Assembly: GCA_964491365.1 (NCBI GenBank)
Contig: CAZBFU010000006.1
Coordinates: 1 to 34,165, forward strand
Source of the DNA: an uncultured Pseudomonadales bacterium
Lineage (GTDB): Bacteria > Patescibacteriota > Microgenomatia > UBA1400 > MFAQ01
Length of the DNA stretch: 34,165 nt
Direction: 5' to 3'
Part shown: in pieces, positions 8,617 through 16,362 of the stretch
How positions within the stretch are numbered: the first letter of the stretch is position 1
Layout: the number at the start of each line of letters is the position of its first letter
Notes under the pieces: model-generated
Told to the model about the DNA's origin: nothing
Database searches by the model: none
Seen by the model: the letters and a program-made list of their open reading frames with translations, nothing else
Program-made: the position numbers and the translations under genes

Positions 8617-9925
8617 TATCAATCAAGAGGTTGTAAAAAATACCAAACCCCAAAACCGTTAGGACGATTAAAACCCCAAAAAATTTTGGGATGGCGTCAT
8701 TTTTTCTAAAACCCCAAGCCAACCCCAACAACATAAGTGTTCTGTATACAGTGCTTGCGCCACTAATATTGCTTAACAATACCGAAACTGAAGGACCCAA
8801 GGCTAGTAAAGAAGTGACCAACAACAGCCAAAGATTTCGCAAATTATCTATCAACAGAACAGCTAAACTTCCACAGACAAAAGGATAGAGAGGTATGCGA
8901 TACCAGCCGTAACTTTCTGATCCGAAGAGTAAATAGACTGCGACTATGGCAATCATTGGAATCCCTATATAAAGTTTCTTGATTTTATTATTCTCTACTA
9001 ACTGATAGAGCATAGCTATGGTTCCAGCTGTCACAATCCCATCCGCTATGACCTTATGACCTGTTAGTTTTGTAGTTGTAAATAAGTCAGTTACCGCACT
9101 CAACCCCAGTCCATAAACCCGGCCACTATTGTTAAAAAGTACTGCCCAAAAGTCAGACGTACTCAAAATGTTTCCATAGACCACCCACAGTAAGATTCCA
9201 AAAGTGAAACCATAGATAGGCCAAAGCCAATCTTGATTCGAATTCTTTTTAAGAATTAAACTACTACCAAGAACAAAAGCGACTCCTGACAATTTAGTTA
9301 ACGCCAGAAGAGTCGCAACTAAGAAAATCCAATACTTCAGTTTCTTAAAATTAAATTTGTAGGTAGATAGTATTAGTATTACAAGTCCCAACGGAGTAGT
9401 AAAATTTTCTGCTTGAACCATCCGGTTGGCAATAGTAATCAATGGCGAAACTGCATATAAAAGTGCCGCCAACAGTCCATAACTAAATCCAAAAACAGTT
9501 GCGAAATAGAATCCCACGAGAAATATAGTCATACCACTTAAAATCACTACTGGCTTGCGAACAACTACCGCTCTAACATCTTCAAATACCCTTGCACCTT
9601 TAATGTAGGCGTAACTTCCAGTAACCAAACCCACCAAAGGAGGATGATCAAACCAAGGGTAAGCTAAGGTCATAGGATCACCATTGGCTGTCTCTTGATA
9701 TACCAGGTCGGGATTTATATATGCTTTAAATCTAACCTTGTTACCATCAACTCCTGTCATACCAACAGGAATACCATTAGTGATTATGCTCAAACCAACA
9801 AATGCATTTGAATATTCATCGAGTGATAGTCCGGGTGGGGGAACTTGAGCAAATTTGTTTAATCGCAACAGAAGCCCAAATAAAGCGACGCAGACTAGCG
9901 CTCCTATTTTCCACTTATTTAACAT
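8594..9925 (-). CDS. PMT_2-type GT-C membrane glycosyltransferase (distinct HPPL subtype, no C-terminal soluble domain)
   Basis: The ORF track starts at a TTG at 9973. I prefer the ATG at 9925 (MLNKWKIGALV...). Motifs seen: SLDEYSNAFVGLSI and WFDHPPLVGL (the HPPL motif characteristic of PMT/ArnT-type enzymes). The rest is polytopic. There is an 11-nt overlap with the upstream small gene and a 23-nt convergent overlap with the GT2 gene at the 3' end. Confidence 0.72.
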   Translation of the reverse strand: MLNKWKIGALVCVALFGLLLRLNKFAQVPPPGLSLDEYSNAFVGLSIITNGIPVGMTGVDGNKVRFKAYINPDLVYQETANGDPMTLAYPWFDHPPLVGLVTGSYAYIKGARVFEDVRAVVVRKPVVILSGMTIFLVGFYFATVFGFSYGLLAALLYAVSPLITIANRMVQAENFTTPLGLVILILSTYKFNFKKLKYWIFLVATLLALTKLSGVAFVLGSSLILKKNSNQDWLWPIYGFTFGILLWVVYGNILSTSDFWAVLFNNSGRVYGLGLSAVTDLFTTTKLTGHKVIADGIVTAGTIAMLYQLVENNKIKKLYIGIPMIAIVAVYLLFGSESYGWYRIPLYPFVCGSLAVLLIDNLRNLWLLLVTSLLALGPSVSVLLSNISGASTVYRTLMLLGLAWGFRKNDAIPKFFGVLIVLTVLGFGIFYNLLIDINWWYRI

Positions 9926-10328
9926 AATTACAGTACATGGTCGAAAGTTTAGTAACTTTATCAGCCCAATCAAATTTACCAGAATCTATATTGCAATCAA
10001 ATTCTTCTCTTTTCAAATCAATCCCATTAATTCGTCGCCAACTTTCCCAAACATCTGCCCATGTATTTAGAACTAATCCACTAAACATCAACTTACTTGT
10101 GGCCTGTTTATCAGCGCACTTAATCGTCACTTTGACATAATTGTCTGCGTCTACAGGTTCTCCATAAATTGCTCTGCCACATGGATCTTTTGAAAGAGGT
10201 TTGGCACTACCTTCAGAATTCACAAGAGTATCTAATCTATTTTCATTAAATCGATTCTTACTGACTAAAGCAAAAATCGCTACAGCTATGACAGTAACAA
10301 GAAGAATCGTGACAAATTTCTTATTCAT
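9915..10328 (-). CDS. Small membrane-anchored or secreted protein of unknown function
   Basis: 137 aa. It has an N-terminal signal-anchor (MNKKFVTILLVTVIAVAIFALV) followed by a hydrophilic domain with four Cys (DPCGR, IKCADK, FDCNID, MYCNY). It has an ATGA overlap with the upstream GT-C gene and an 11-nt overlap with the downstream GT-C gene. Confidence 0.6.
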   Translation of the reverse strand: MNKKFVTILLVTVIAVAIFALVSKNRFNENRLDTLVNSEGSAKPLSKDPCGRAIYGEPVDADNYVKVTIKCADKQATSKLMFSGLVLNTWADVWESWRRINGIDLKREEFDCNIDSGKFDWADKVTKLSTMYCNYVK

Positions 10329-11878
10329 TTATCTGATGAGACTGCTAAGTAAGCTGTTTGCCCGTCTACAAAACTAAATTTCTTTAGTAGTTTATTTTTG
10401 TCATATGTGCCTTCTGTAATACTCCACTCAGATGCAATGATGACTGTGTTAGCAAGTTTACGTTCTACCTGCCAATCAACATTTCTAAAATCAAATTTAC
10501 CAAAACCACCATCTCTCTTTGTTTGTCGATATTCGTTCGGATCGACCTTGCCATAAAAAAGTAAATAAAACTCTGGTACTCCAAAAATATACGGACCTTC
10601 CTTGCCAAACCTAGGGTCTATTAGAACTTTTGTGTCACCACTTATAGAATGAGCATAAAGAGCTACTTCTTTCATTGGATCAAATTGCCAATGAGATTTC
10701 TCTGACTGATATACAACTGTATACATCAACACAAACATCACCACATTCATCATTACTAGTGAAACACCAAGTATTTTCCCCATCTTAATTTGCATCAATT
10801 TAGTCAAACCCAATCCTGCAATCACAGATAAAATTACACTAATGGGCAAGAGACGAAAGTTATGATAGTCATCCATGGTTATTGCACTAGGGATAGGGGT
10901 AATTAAAGTAAGCAGTACTAAAGTTTTCCAAGACACTATTTTTAACTTCTTTCGTGAAAGTGAGAAAAATGCCCACAAACCTATCCCAAAAATTGGAAAC
11001 AGCCAAATTCCCATCCAGCCCATATCCATATTATTTGTAAAGGTCATATTCATTCCTTTGGCAAAGTAGGCGGTAGGATCAAAAGCTTGTAAATACCGAC
11101 TCATTCCAATACTGATGGTTGCTCCAATTTTCGCATTACCTTCAATTGAACTTATCAGAGGGTCATTAAGGATGAACTTATCTCTAGCTCTGGTCTGAGA
11201 TGTTGGATTTATAGTTTGTAATAATGGTAAGCAAAATACGAGCATTAACAACATCCAAACTGAAAATACTTTAATGCGCTTTTTTATTTCAAATCTGTTC
11301 CACCAGATAATTCCAACTAGCATTATCATCGCCAATAATTTTTCGTTATGGTATGTGTACATCGACAATGGAAACAACAACAGAGCCCAATAATGCCCTT
11401 CTTTATCTATTTGATCTTGTAACCACACCAACCCAGCCAACAACAAGGCTAATGCAAAATTGCTTTCATAACCTCCTCTGGACAAAACGATCGTGAGGGG
11501 CATCGTAGCATAAATCAAACTAGCAGCTATGGCAGTTTTCTTCTCTTTATAAATATTACTTACCAATCGATAAATAAGGTAAACACTAAATGTTCCAGCT
11601 AGGGCAGATGGTAATCTAACCGCATATTCGTTTAGTCCAAAGAGTGCTTCGAATATCGCTACTACATAGATATATAGTCCAGGTTTATAGTCGCCCAAAG
11701 ATGGGAAAACAACGGGTAATAAATTTCCCAAATGGTCGCGACCTGTTTTTAAGATCGAGTATGCATCGTAGCCAATAGCGACTTCGTCTACATTCATACT
11801 ACTATTAAATCTATCTAGTCCAACAATACGCACTACTAGTGCAAAGACGAGAATTACTGCTAGCCAGTTAATTTTCAT
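10325..11878 (-). CDS. ArnT/PMT-like GT-C fold membrane glycosyltransferase (array paralog 5)
   Basis: The ORF track starts at a TTG at 11893. I prefer the ATG at 11878 (MKINWLAVILV...). Motifs seen: NVDEVAIGYDAYSILKTGRDHLG, GDYKPGLYIY, AVRLPSALAG, LSRGGYESNF, MYTYHNEK, RYLQAFDPTAYFAKG, and C-terminal HWQFDP...GPYIFGVPEFYLLFYGKVDPNEYRQ. Confidence 0.78.
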   Translation of the reverse strand: MKINWLAVILVFALVVRIVGLDRFNSSMNVDEVAIGYDAYSILKTGRDHLGNLLPVVFPSLGDYKPGLYIYVVAIFEALFGLNEYAVRLPSALAGTFSVYLIYRLVSNIYKEKKTAIAASLIYATMPLTIVLSRGGYESNFALALLLAGLVWLQDQIDKEGHYWALLLFPLSMYTYHNEKLLAMIMLVGIIWWNRFEIKKRIKVFSVWMLLMLVFCLPLLQTINPTSQTRARDKFILNDPLISSIEGNAKIGATISIGMSRYLQAFDPTAYFAKGMNMTFTNNMDMGWMGIWLFPIFGIGLWAFFSLSRKKLKIVSWKTLVLLTLITPIPSAITMDDYHNFRLLPISVILSVIAGLGLTKLMQIKMGKILGVSLVMMNVVMFVLMYTVVYQSEKSHWQFDPMKEVALYAHSISGDTKVLIDPRFGKEGPYIFGVPEFYLLFYGKVDPNEYRQTKRDGGFGKFDFRNVDWQVERKLANTVIIASEWSITEGTYDKNKLLKKFSFVDGQTAYLAVSSDK

Positions 11879-13067
11879 TACTATAAATATCAAAATAATC
11901 GCCGCTCAATAACACCATTTTTGGTTTATCTTGTAAATTTATCTTTTGTGTAATCTGTCTTGGAATAGTGAAAATTCCAATTAAAGTGATAGCCAAGCTA
12001 AGTATCACCATGAATAACTCAAGTTTGTAAGTTTTAGATCTAGAAATAATCATCGCTATCAGAACACTACCCATACCCCAACTAAATCTCTCAGAATCAG
12101 GAGAGTTTGCAATCAAGGGAACAATTGCACTGCTAAATAGTATTAACCAGAGGTTGAAGTTACTTTTATTCTTTAAGTAGTTTCCTAATGCCAACAGAGA
12201 AGCTATTGAAAAAAGTGGAATTAAGTAACTGTTACTAGCAATATTCATATCGCCTTTGCCAAACCAAAAAGAAGGATTAAGATAATACATCGATTTAGAG
12301 ACATAGTATGCCAACTGGCCAGATTTATTAAAAAATACTCTCCCAGATCCATTTATCGCTTTATCAGCGTATCCTCTAAATTTATTTGTATTATTTATAA
12401 ATTCTATTTCTCTAAATGACTTAGTCAGCTCATTTCTATAATAGTTTGTCCCATTAATAACAAAGGTATACATAACACTAATACCCAATACGATCAAAAA
12501 CCAACGCCACCCTTGTCTGGTTGTTACCAACCTTGCCAGTTCACCCAAAACAATAAACCAAACAAACAAGGGATTACTTAATAAACCAATCAAAAACAAT
12601 AATACTTTTAGCTGCAGTTGTTTTTTATTTAGGAGCCAATATCCCACCAAACAGACTAGAGCTATTTTTTCACTCCACAAGCCTGGCCAAAGCAAAATTG
12701 GACTTACTAATACGCTAAAGGTTAACTGCCAGGAAGTTGCAATTTTCATCAAGACAATACTTACGATCAAAAGTACTAATACGTCGGCAATCAACAAAGC
12801 GTTTTCCTTAAAAGCAAATTTAATTGGAATATAAAAATAAGTAGGCAAAGGCATTTCTAGTCCTGACGAGTTACGAAATGTCATTGGCCAATTCATTCCT
12901 CTCTCATCAACCCCAAAGGTAATCAAACTGTTTACTCGATAATCTAGCTGTAGATCCTCTTTCGCAAATCCTACCAAGTTCGTTATCAGAATCTTTATTA
13001 CCATCAGTAGTGCAAAAACCAAGATATACTTTTTATTCTGCACAATCATTGGGTTAATTATAGCCAT
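11868..13067 (-). CDS. Divergent, shortened GT-C-like polytopic membrane protein (possibly non-catalytic paralog)
   Basis: 399 aa. Loop 1 reads KEDLQLDYRVNSLITFGVDERGMNWPMTF, so ED stands in place of the family DE. The central motif YYLNPSFWFGKGD is retained. There is no C-terminal soluble domain. An alternative start is the ATG at 13049 (MIVQNKK...), which lies 7 nt downstream of a - strand TATAAT. Confidence 0.6.
   Translation of the reverse strand: MAIINPMIVQNKKYILVFALLMVIKILITNLVGFAKEDLQLDYRVNSLITFGVDERGMNWPMTFRNSSGLEMPLPTYFYIPIKFAFKENALLIADVLVLLIVSIVLMKIATSWQLTFSVLVSPILLWPGLWSEKIALVCLVGYWLLNKKQLQLKVLLFLIGLLSNPLFVWFIVLGELARLVTTRQGWRWFLIVLGISVMYTFVINGTNYYRNELTKSFREIEFINNTNKFRGYADKAINGSGRVFFNKSGQLAYYVSKSMYYLNPSFWFGKGDMNIASNSYLIPLFSIASLLALGNYLKNKSNFNLWLILFSSAIVPLIANSPDSERFSWGMGSVLIAMIISRSKTYKLELFMVILSLAITLIGIFTIPRQITQKINLQDKPKMVLLSGDYFDIYSNEN
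13057..13062 (-). promoter_or_regulatory. Candidate -10 box (TATAAT on the - strand) 7 nt upstream of the in-frame ATG at 13049
   Basis: The reverse complement reads ggcTATAATtaacccaATG. If used, it would give a leaderless transcript starting at the second Met of the 11868-13067 ORF. Confidence 0.3.
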
Positions 13068-13093
13068 AAGGTAGAATAAAAGTAGCCTTAACG

Positions 13094-14713
13094 ATGCACT
13101 TGTTCAAATCAAACCTCCTGTATTTAATAACGCTCATTACGATTGTCGCAATCGCTTTCTTTGTCAGGTTCGTTTCTTTATCTACCTTACCACCTGGATT
13201 AACCTGGGATGAGGCTGCCTTAGGTTACAACGCCTACTCCATTCTAAAAACAGGTCGAGATGAGCATGGAGTATTTATGCCACTTATCTTCAAATCTTTC
13301 GGTGACTACAAGCCAGGTTTGTATGTCTACCTGACGGTACCATTTGTCTCTTTACTCGGTCTAAACGAGGTAGCAGTCAGACTTCCATCTGTTATAGCCG
13401 GCACCTTAAGTGTTTTATTTCTATGTTTATTAGTAAATCAACTCTTCAAAAACAGAACACTTGGCTTATTTACAGCGTTTGCTCTTGCCCTTATGCCATG
13501 GCATATTCACTTTTCTCGTGGTGCTTGGGAAACCAATGTTTACGTCTTCTTTGTCATTTTAGCTACGTACTTATTTCTAAAAGCACAGACTTCAAATCGT
13601 TCAGTATTGCCATCAATATTAGTATTTGTCGCTACACTTTATCTTTACCAAGCGGCAAAACTCATCACTCCACTTTACCTAATTGGTTTATTTATCTTCA
13701 ATCGCTTGCATCAACCCACCTCACTTGGTCGCTTTATACGAAAAGAAAAACCAAAACTTATCTTCTATGTAATTTTGTTCGCCCTTGTAGCTTTTTATAT
13801 CTACGATACGTCTACTGGTCTTTCGGGTAACCGCTTAAGTCGACTTAGTTTGTTCAATTATCGTCCTACGACTTCAGATAGTGTCTATTTTCACTCAGTC
13901 CTCGATCAGTGGTGGCGAATGGTTTCCTCCCGCTATCTAAATCATTTTTCCAGCGAACTTTTGTTTAGTGGCAAAGTTCAAGTCATGCGAGACACCTTGG
14001 GTAAAATTGGTATGCTTCATCTAGTTGATGGATTTGCCATCTTTGCAGGGTTAGTATTTTTGATTACTAACCCCTTCAGACGCGCCTCTGTTTTAATTCT
14101 TTATTTACTCTTAATATCCCCGCTTGGAGGTAGCCTGACTCTAAGTGAATTTTCTACGGTCAGGTCATTAGTATTGGTGATTCCACTCGCGATGTTGATT
14201 GGTTTTGGACTGTACTATTTATCGATTAGATTTTCTCGACTTATATTTATACCCATCTTTTTGGTTTATGCCCACTTTGCCGTTTTAGATACTGATATTT
14301 ACTTGAATCACTCAGGCAGGTTATTGGCAGAAGGATTTAACAATGGTCATAAGGAGGCTGTCGCCATCATTCAAGCGACCAATCCAGACAAAATTGCTTT
14401 TACAGATGTTTATGGGCAACCATATATTTATTATCTTTTCTATACCCAATACGACCCAGCGAAATTCCAAAAATTAAGAAGCTTCAAAGATGGAGGAGTC
14501 GATGTTGGGTTTGTGCCAGGTTTTGCTAATGTTGAATTTAGACAGCCTCAGTATGGTGATTTGATCAATACTCCAAACAGTATTTTTGTTGGTACTTACG
14601 ATAATTTTCCAGACTCTTTTGATTTCAAAAAAGACTACATAGATTCTGTCACTGACGTGAAAGATTTAAGTGAGAAAATTGTCTTTAGAGTCATCAAAAC
14701 CAGTAAAAAATGA
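13094..14713 (+). CDS. ArnT/PMT-like GT-C fold membrane glycosyltransferase (array paralog 6)
   Basis: 539 aa with an ATG start. Motifs seen: TWDEAALGYNAYSILKTGRDEHG, GDYKPGLYVY, AVRLPSVIAG, PWHIHFSRGAWETN, LYLYQAAK, RYLNHFSSELLFSGK, and C-terminal QPYIYYLFYTQYDPAKFQK. A TAGAAT at 13072-13077 lies 16 nt upstream of the start. Confidence 0.8.
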   Translation: MHLFKSNLLYLITLITIVAIAFFVRFVSLSTLPPGLTWDEAALGYNAYSILKTGRDEHGVFMPLIFKSFGDYKPGLYVYLTVPFVSLLGLNEVAVRLPSVIAGTLSVLFLCLLVNQLFKNRTLGLFTAFALALMPWHIHFSRGAWETNVYVFFVILATYLFLKAQTSNRSVLPSILVFVATLYLYQAAKLITPLYLIGLFIFNRLHQPTSLGRFIRKEKPKLIFYVILFALVAFYIYDTSTGLSGNRLSRLSLFNYRPTTSDSVYFHSVLDQWWRMVSSRYLNHFSSELLFSGKVQVMRDTLGKIGMLHLVDGFAIFAGLVFLITNPFRRASVLILYLLLISPLGGSLTLSEFSTVRSLVLVIPLAMLIGFGLYYLSIRFSRLIFIPIFLVYAHFAVLDTDIYLNHSGRLLAEGFNNGHKEAVAIIQATNPDKIAFTDVYGQPYIYYLFYTQYDPAKFQKLRSFKDGGVDVGFVPGFANVEFRQPQYGDLINTPNSIFVGTYDNFPDSFDFKKDYIDSVTDVKDLSEKIVFRVIKTSKK

Positions 14714-16362
14714 AAAAAGCACCACTCTTGATACTCGCCATCTTTATTGGTCTAATCACCAGACTACCTTTTCTTTCCACTTACCCTAGTGGGCTTAACG
14801 CAGATGAAGCAGCCCTGGGTTACAATGCGTATTCACTTATACAAACTGGTAAAGATGAACACGGAGCAGCTTGGCCACTGGTCTTTCAATCTTTCGATGA
14901 TTACAAACCAGGAGGATACGTCTATTTGAGTTTGCCGTTTATTTATCTTCTTGGTCTTAATCCTTTAGCCATCAGACTACCTTCTGCATTATTGGGGATA
15001 TTGGCAATCTATTTTTTGGCTAAGCTCGTAGATCTACTTTTTGATCAGCAGCACCAACTTAAAATAGGAAAAATTACTTTTAGTCTTGGTGATGTCTCGG
15101 CTCTTTTCTTAAGTCTTTCGCCTTGGCATCTACATTTTTCTAGAGGAGCTTGGGAGGTAAATGCCTCGAGTTCGCTATGGCTTATTGGTCTTTTCTATCT
15201 GATTCGATTTATAAAAACTAAGAAGAACCCGATTGTGGGTATCTTACTTCTGATTTTTAGTATGTACACTTACCACTCAACTAGAGTCGTCTTACCACTG
15301 ACCTTAATCGCACTGGCTATTTTTTCAAGAGATCAAGTTGTTGAACTTTTTAAAGTAAGTAAAACGAGAAACTTAATATTTAAACTATTTGTGGTTTCAG
15401 TAATTCTGCTCATTCCATTGTCTATGCAAATGTTTTCTAAAGAAGGAAGGTCAAGGTTTGGTGGGGTCTCAGTGTTTGCCGATTCAGGCCCGCTTTGGGA
15501 AGCCCTTGAGTATCGTAATGGCCATGATAATCAAATATTAAATAAAGTCTTTCATTCAAAATACATAACTTATTCACGAAGGATACTAAGTAACTATCTA
15601 CTTCATTTTTCTCCCAAATTTCTCTTTGTCACAGGTGATGAAATTGCCAGAAGCAAAGTTCCTGGAGTAGGACAAGAGCTATTAGCGCTGTTACCATTGT
15701 TTGGTTTGGGTCTCTGGTACATGGTCAAACAAGGCAACTTCGCTTCAAAATTTATCTTGTCTTGGTTCCTCTTGGCGCCACTTGCTGCCTCTTTAACTTT
15801 CCAAGCCCCACACGCTCTTAGAGCTCAAAATATGATTTATCCACTAGTCATCATTTGTGGTCTAGGTTTCTACCAAGTCTTGATGTTGGTTCACCAGTAT
15901 AAGTTTAAATTTATTCTATTATTTTTGACTCTTCTATTAAGCTACGATTTTTCAAGATACCTCCACCAGTATTTTGTTCACTATCCAAAAGAGTTACCGT
16001 ATGCTTGGCAATACGGTTTTTCACAGATTAGTGATTACTTGACTATCAACCAAGAAAAATACTCTCAAGTTGTCATCTCAGATCGTTACGATCAGCCTTA
16101 TATACTTATTGCTTTCTTTCAAAAATATCCTCCTACTCAATTGCAAAAAGAAATAGTTCTTACTCCTCGAGACAAGTTCGGATTTTCAACCGTGAAATCT
16201 TTTTCCAAATATCAATTTAGAGCCATTAATTTTGAGCAAGATAAAGACTTAAAGAACACCCTTTTAGTTCTTGCAGATGAATCAGCTCCGGATGACAAAG
16301 TCATAGATACGATTAAAGATCCAGCTGGAAAAGTAATGTATCGTTTTATCGCTACTCCTTAA
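14710..16362 (+). CDS. ArnT/PMT-like GT-C fold membrane glycosyltransferase (array paralog 7)
   Basis: 550 aa with an ATGA overlap with the upstream paralog. Motifs seen: NADEAALGYNAYSLIQTGKDEHG, DDYKPGGYVY, AIRLPSALLG, PWHLHFSRGAWEVN, MYTYHSTR, NYLLHFSPKFLFVTGD, and C-terminal AWQYGFSQI...QPYILIAFFQKYPPTQLQK. Confidence 0.8.
   Translation: MKKAPLLILAIFIGLITRLPFLSTYPSGLNADEAALGYNAYSLIQTGKDEHGAAWPLVFQSFDDYKPGGYVYLSLPFIYLLGLNPLAIRLPSALLGILAIYFLAKLVDLLFDQQHQLKIGKITFSLGDVSALFLSLSPWHLHFSRGAWEVNASSSLWLIGLFYLIRFIKTKKNPIVGILLLIFSMYTYHSTRVVLPLTLIALAIFSRDQVVELFKVSKTRNLIFKLFVVSVILLIPLSMQMFSKEGRSRFGGVSVFADSGPLWEALEYRNGHDNQILNKVFHSKYITYSRRILSNYLLHFSPKFLFVTGDEIARSKVPGVGQELLALLPLFGLGLWYMVKQGNFASKFILSWFLLAPLAASLTFQAPHALRAQNMIYPLVIICGLGFYQVLMLVHQYKFKFILLFLTLLLSYDFSRYLHQYFVHYPKELPYAWQYGFSQISDYLTINQEKYSQVVISDRYDQPYILIAFFQKYPPTQLQKEIVLTPRDKFGFSTVKSFSKYQFRAINFEQDKDLKNTLLVLADESAPDDKVIDTIKDPAGKVMYRFIATP

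Noticed and set aside
8612-8623. Perfect 12-bp palindrome ATTGATATCAAT at the convergent junction of the GT2 and GT-C genes. It includes the TGA stop of the + strand gene.
   Set aside because: It has no loop, so it is not a terminator hairpin. Several 12-bp palindromes are expected by chance in 34 kb of AT-rich DNA, and I saw no second copy.
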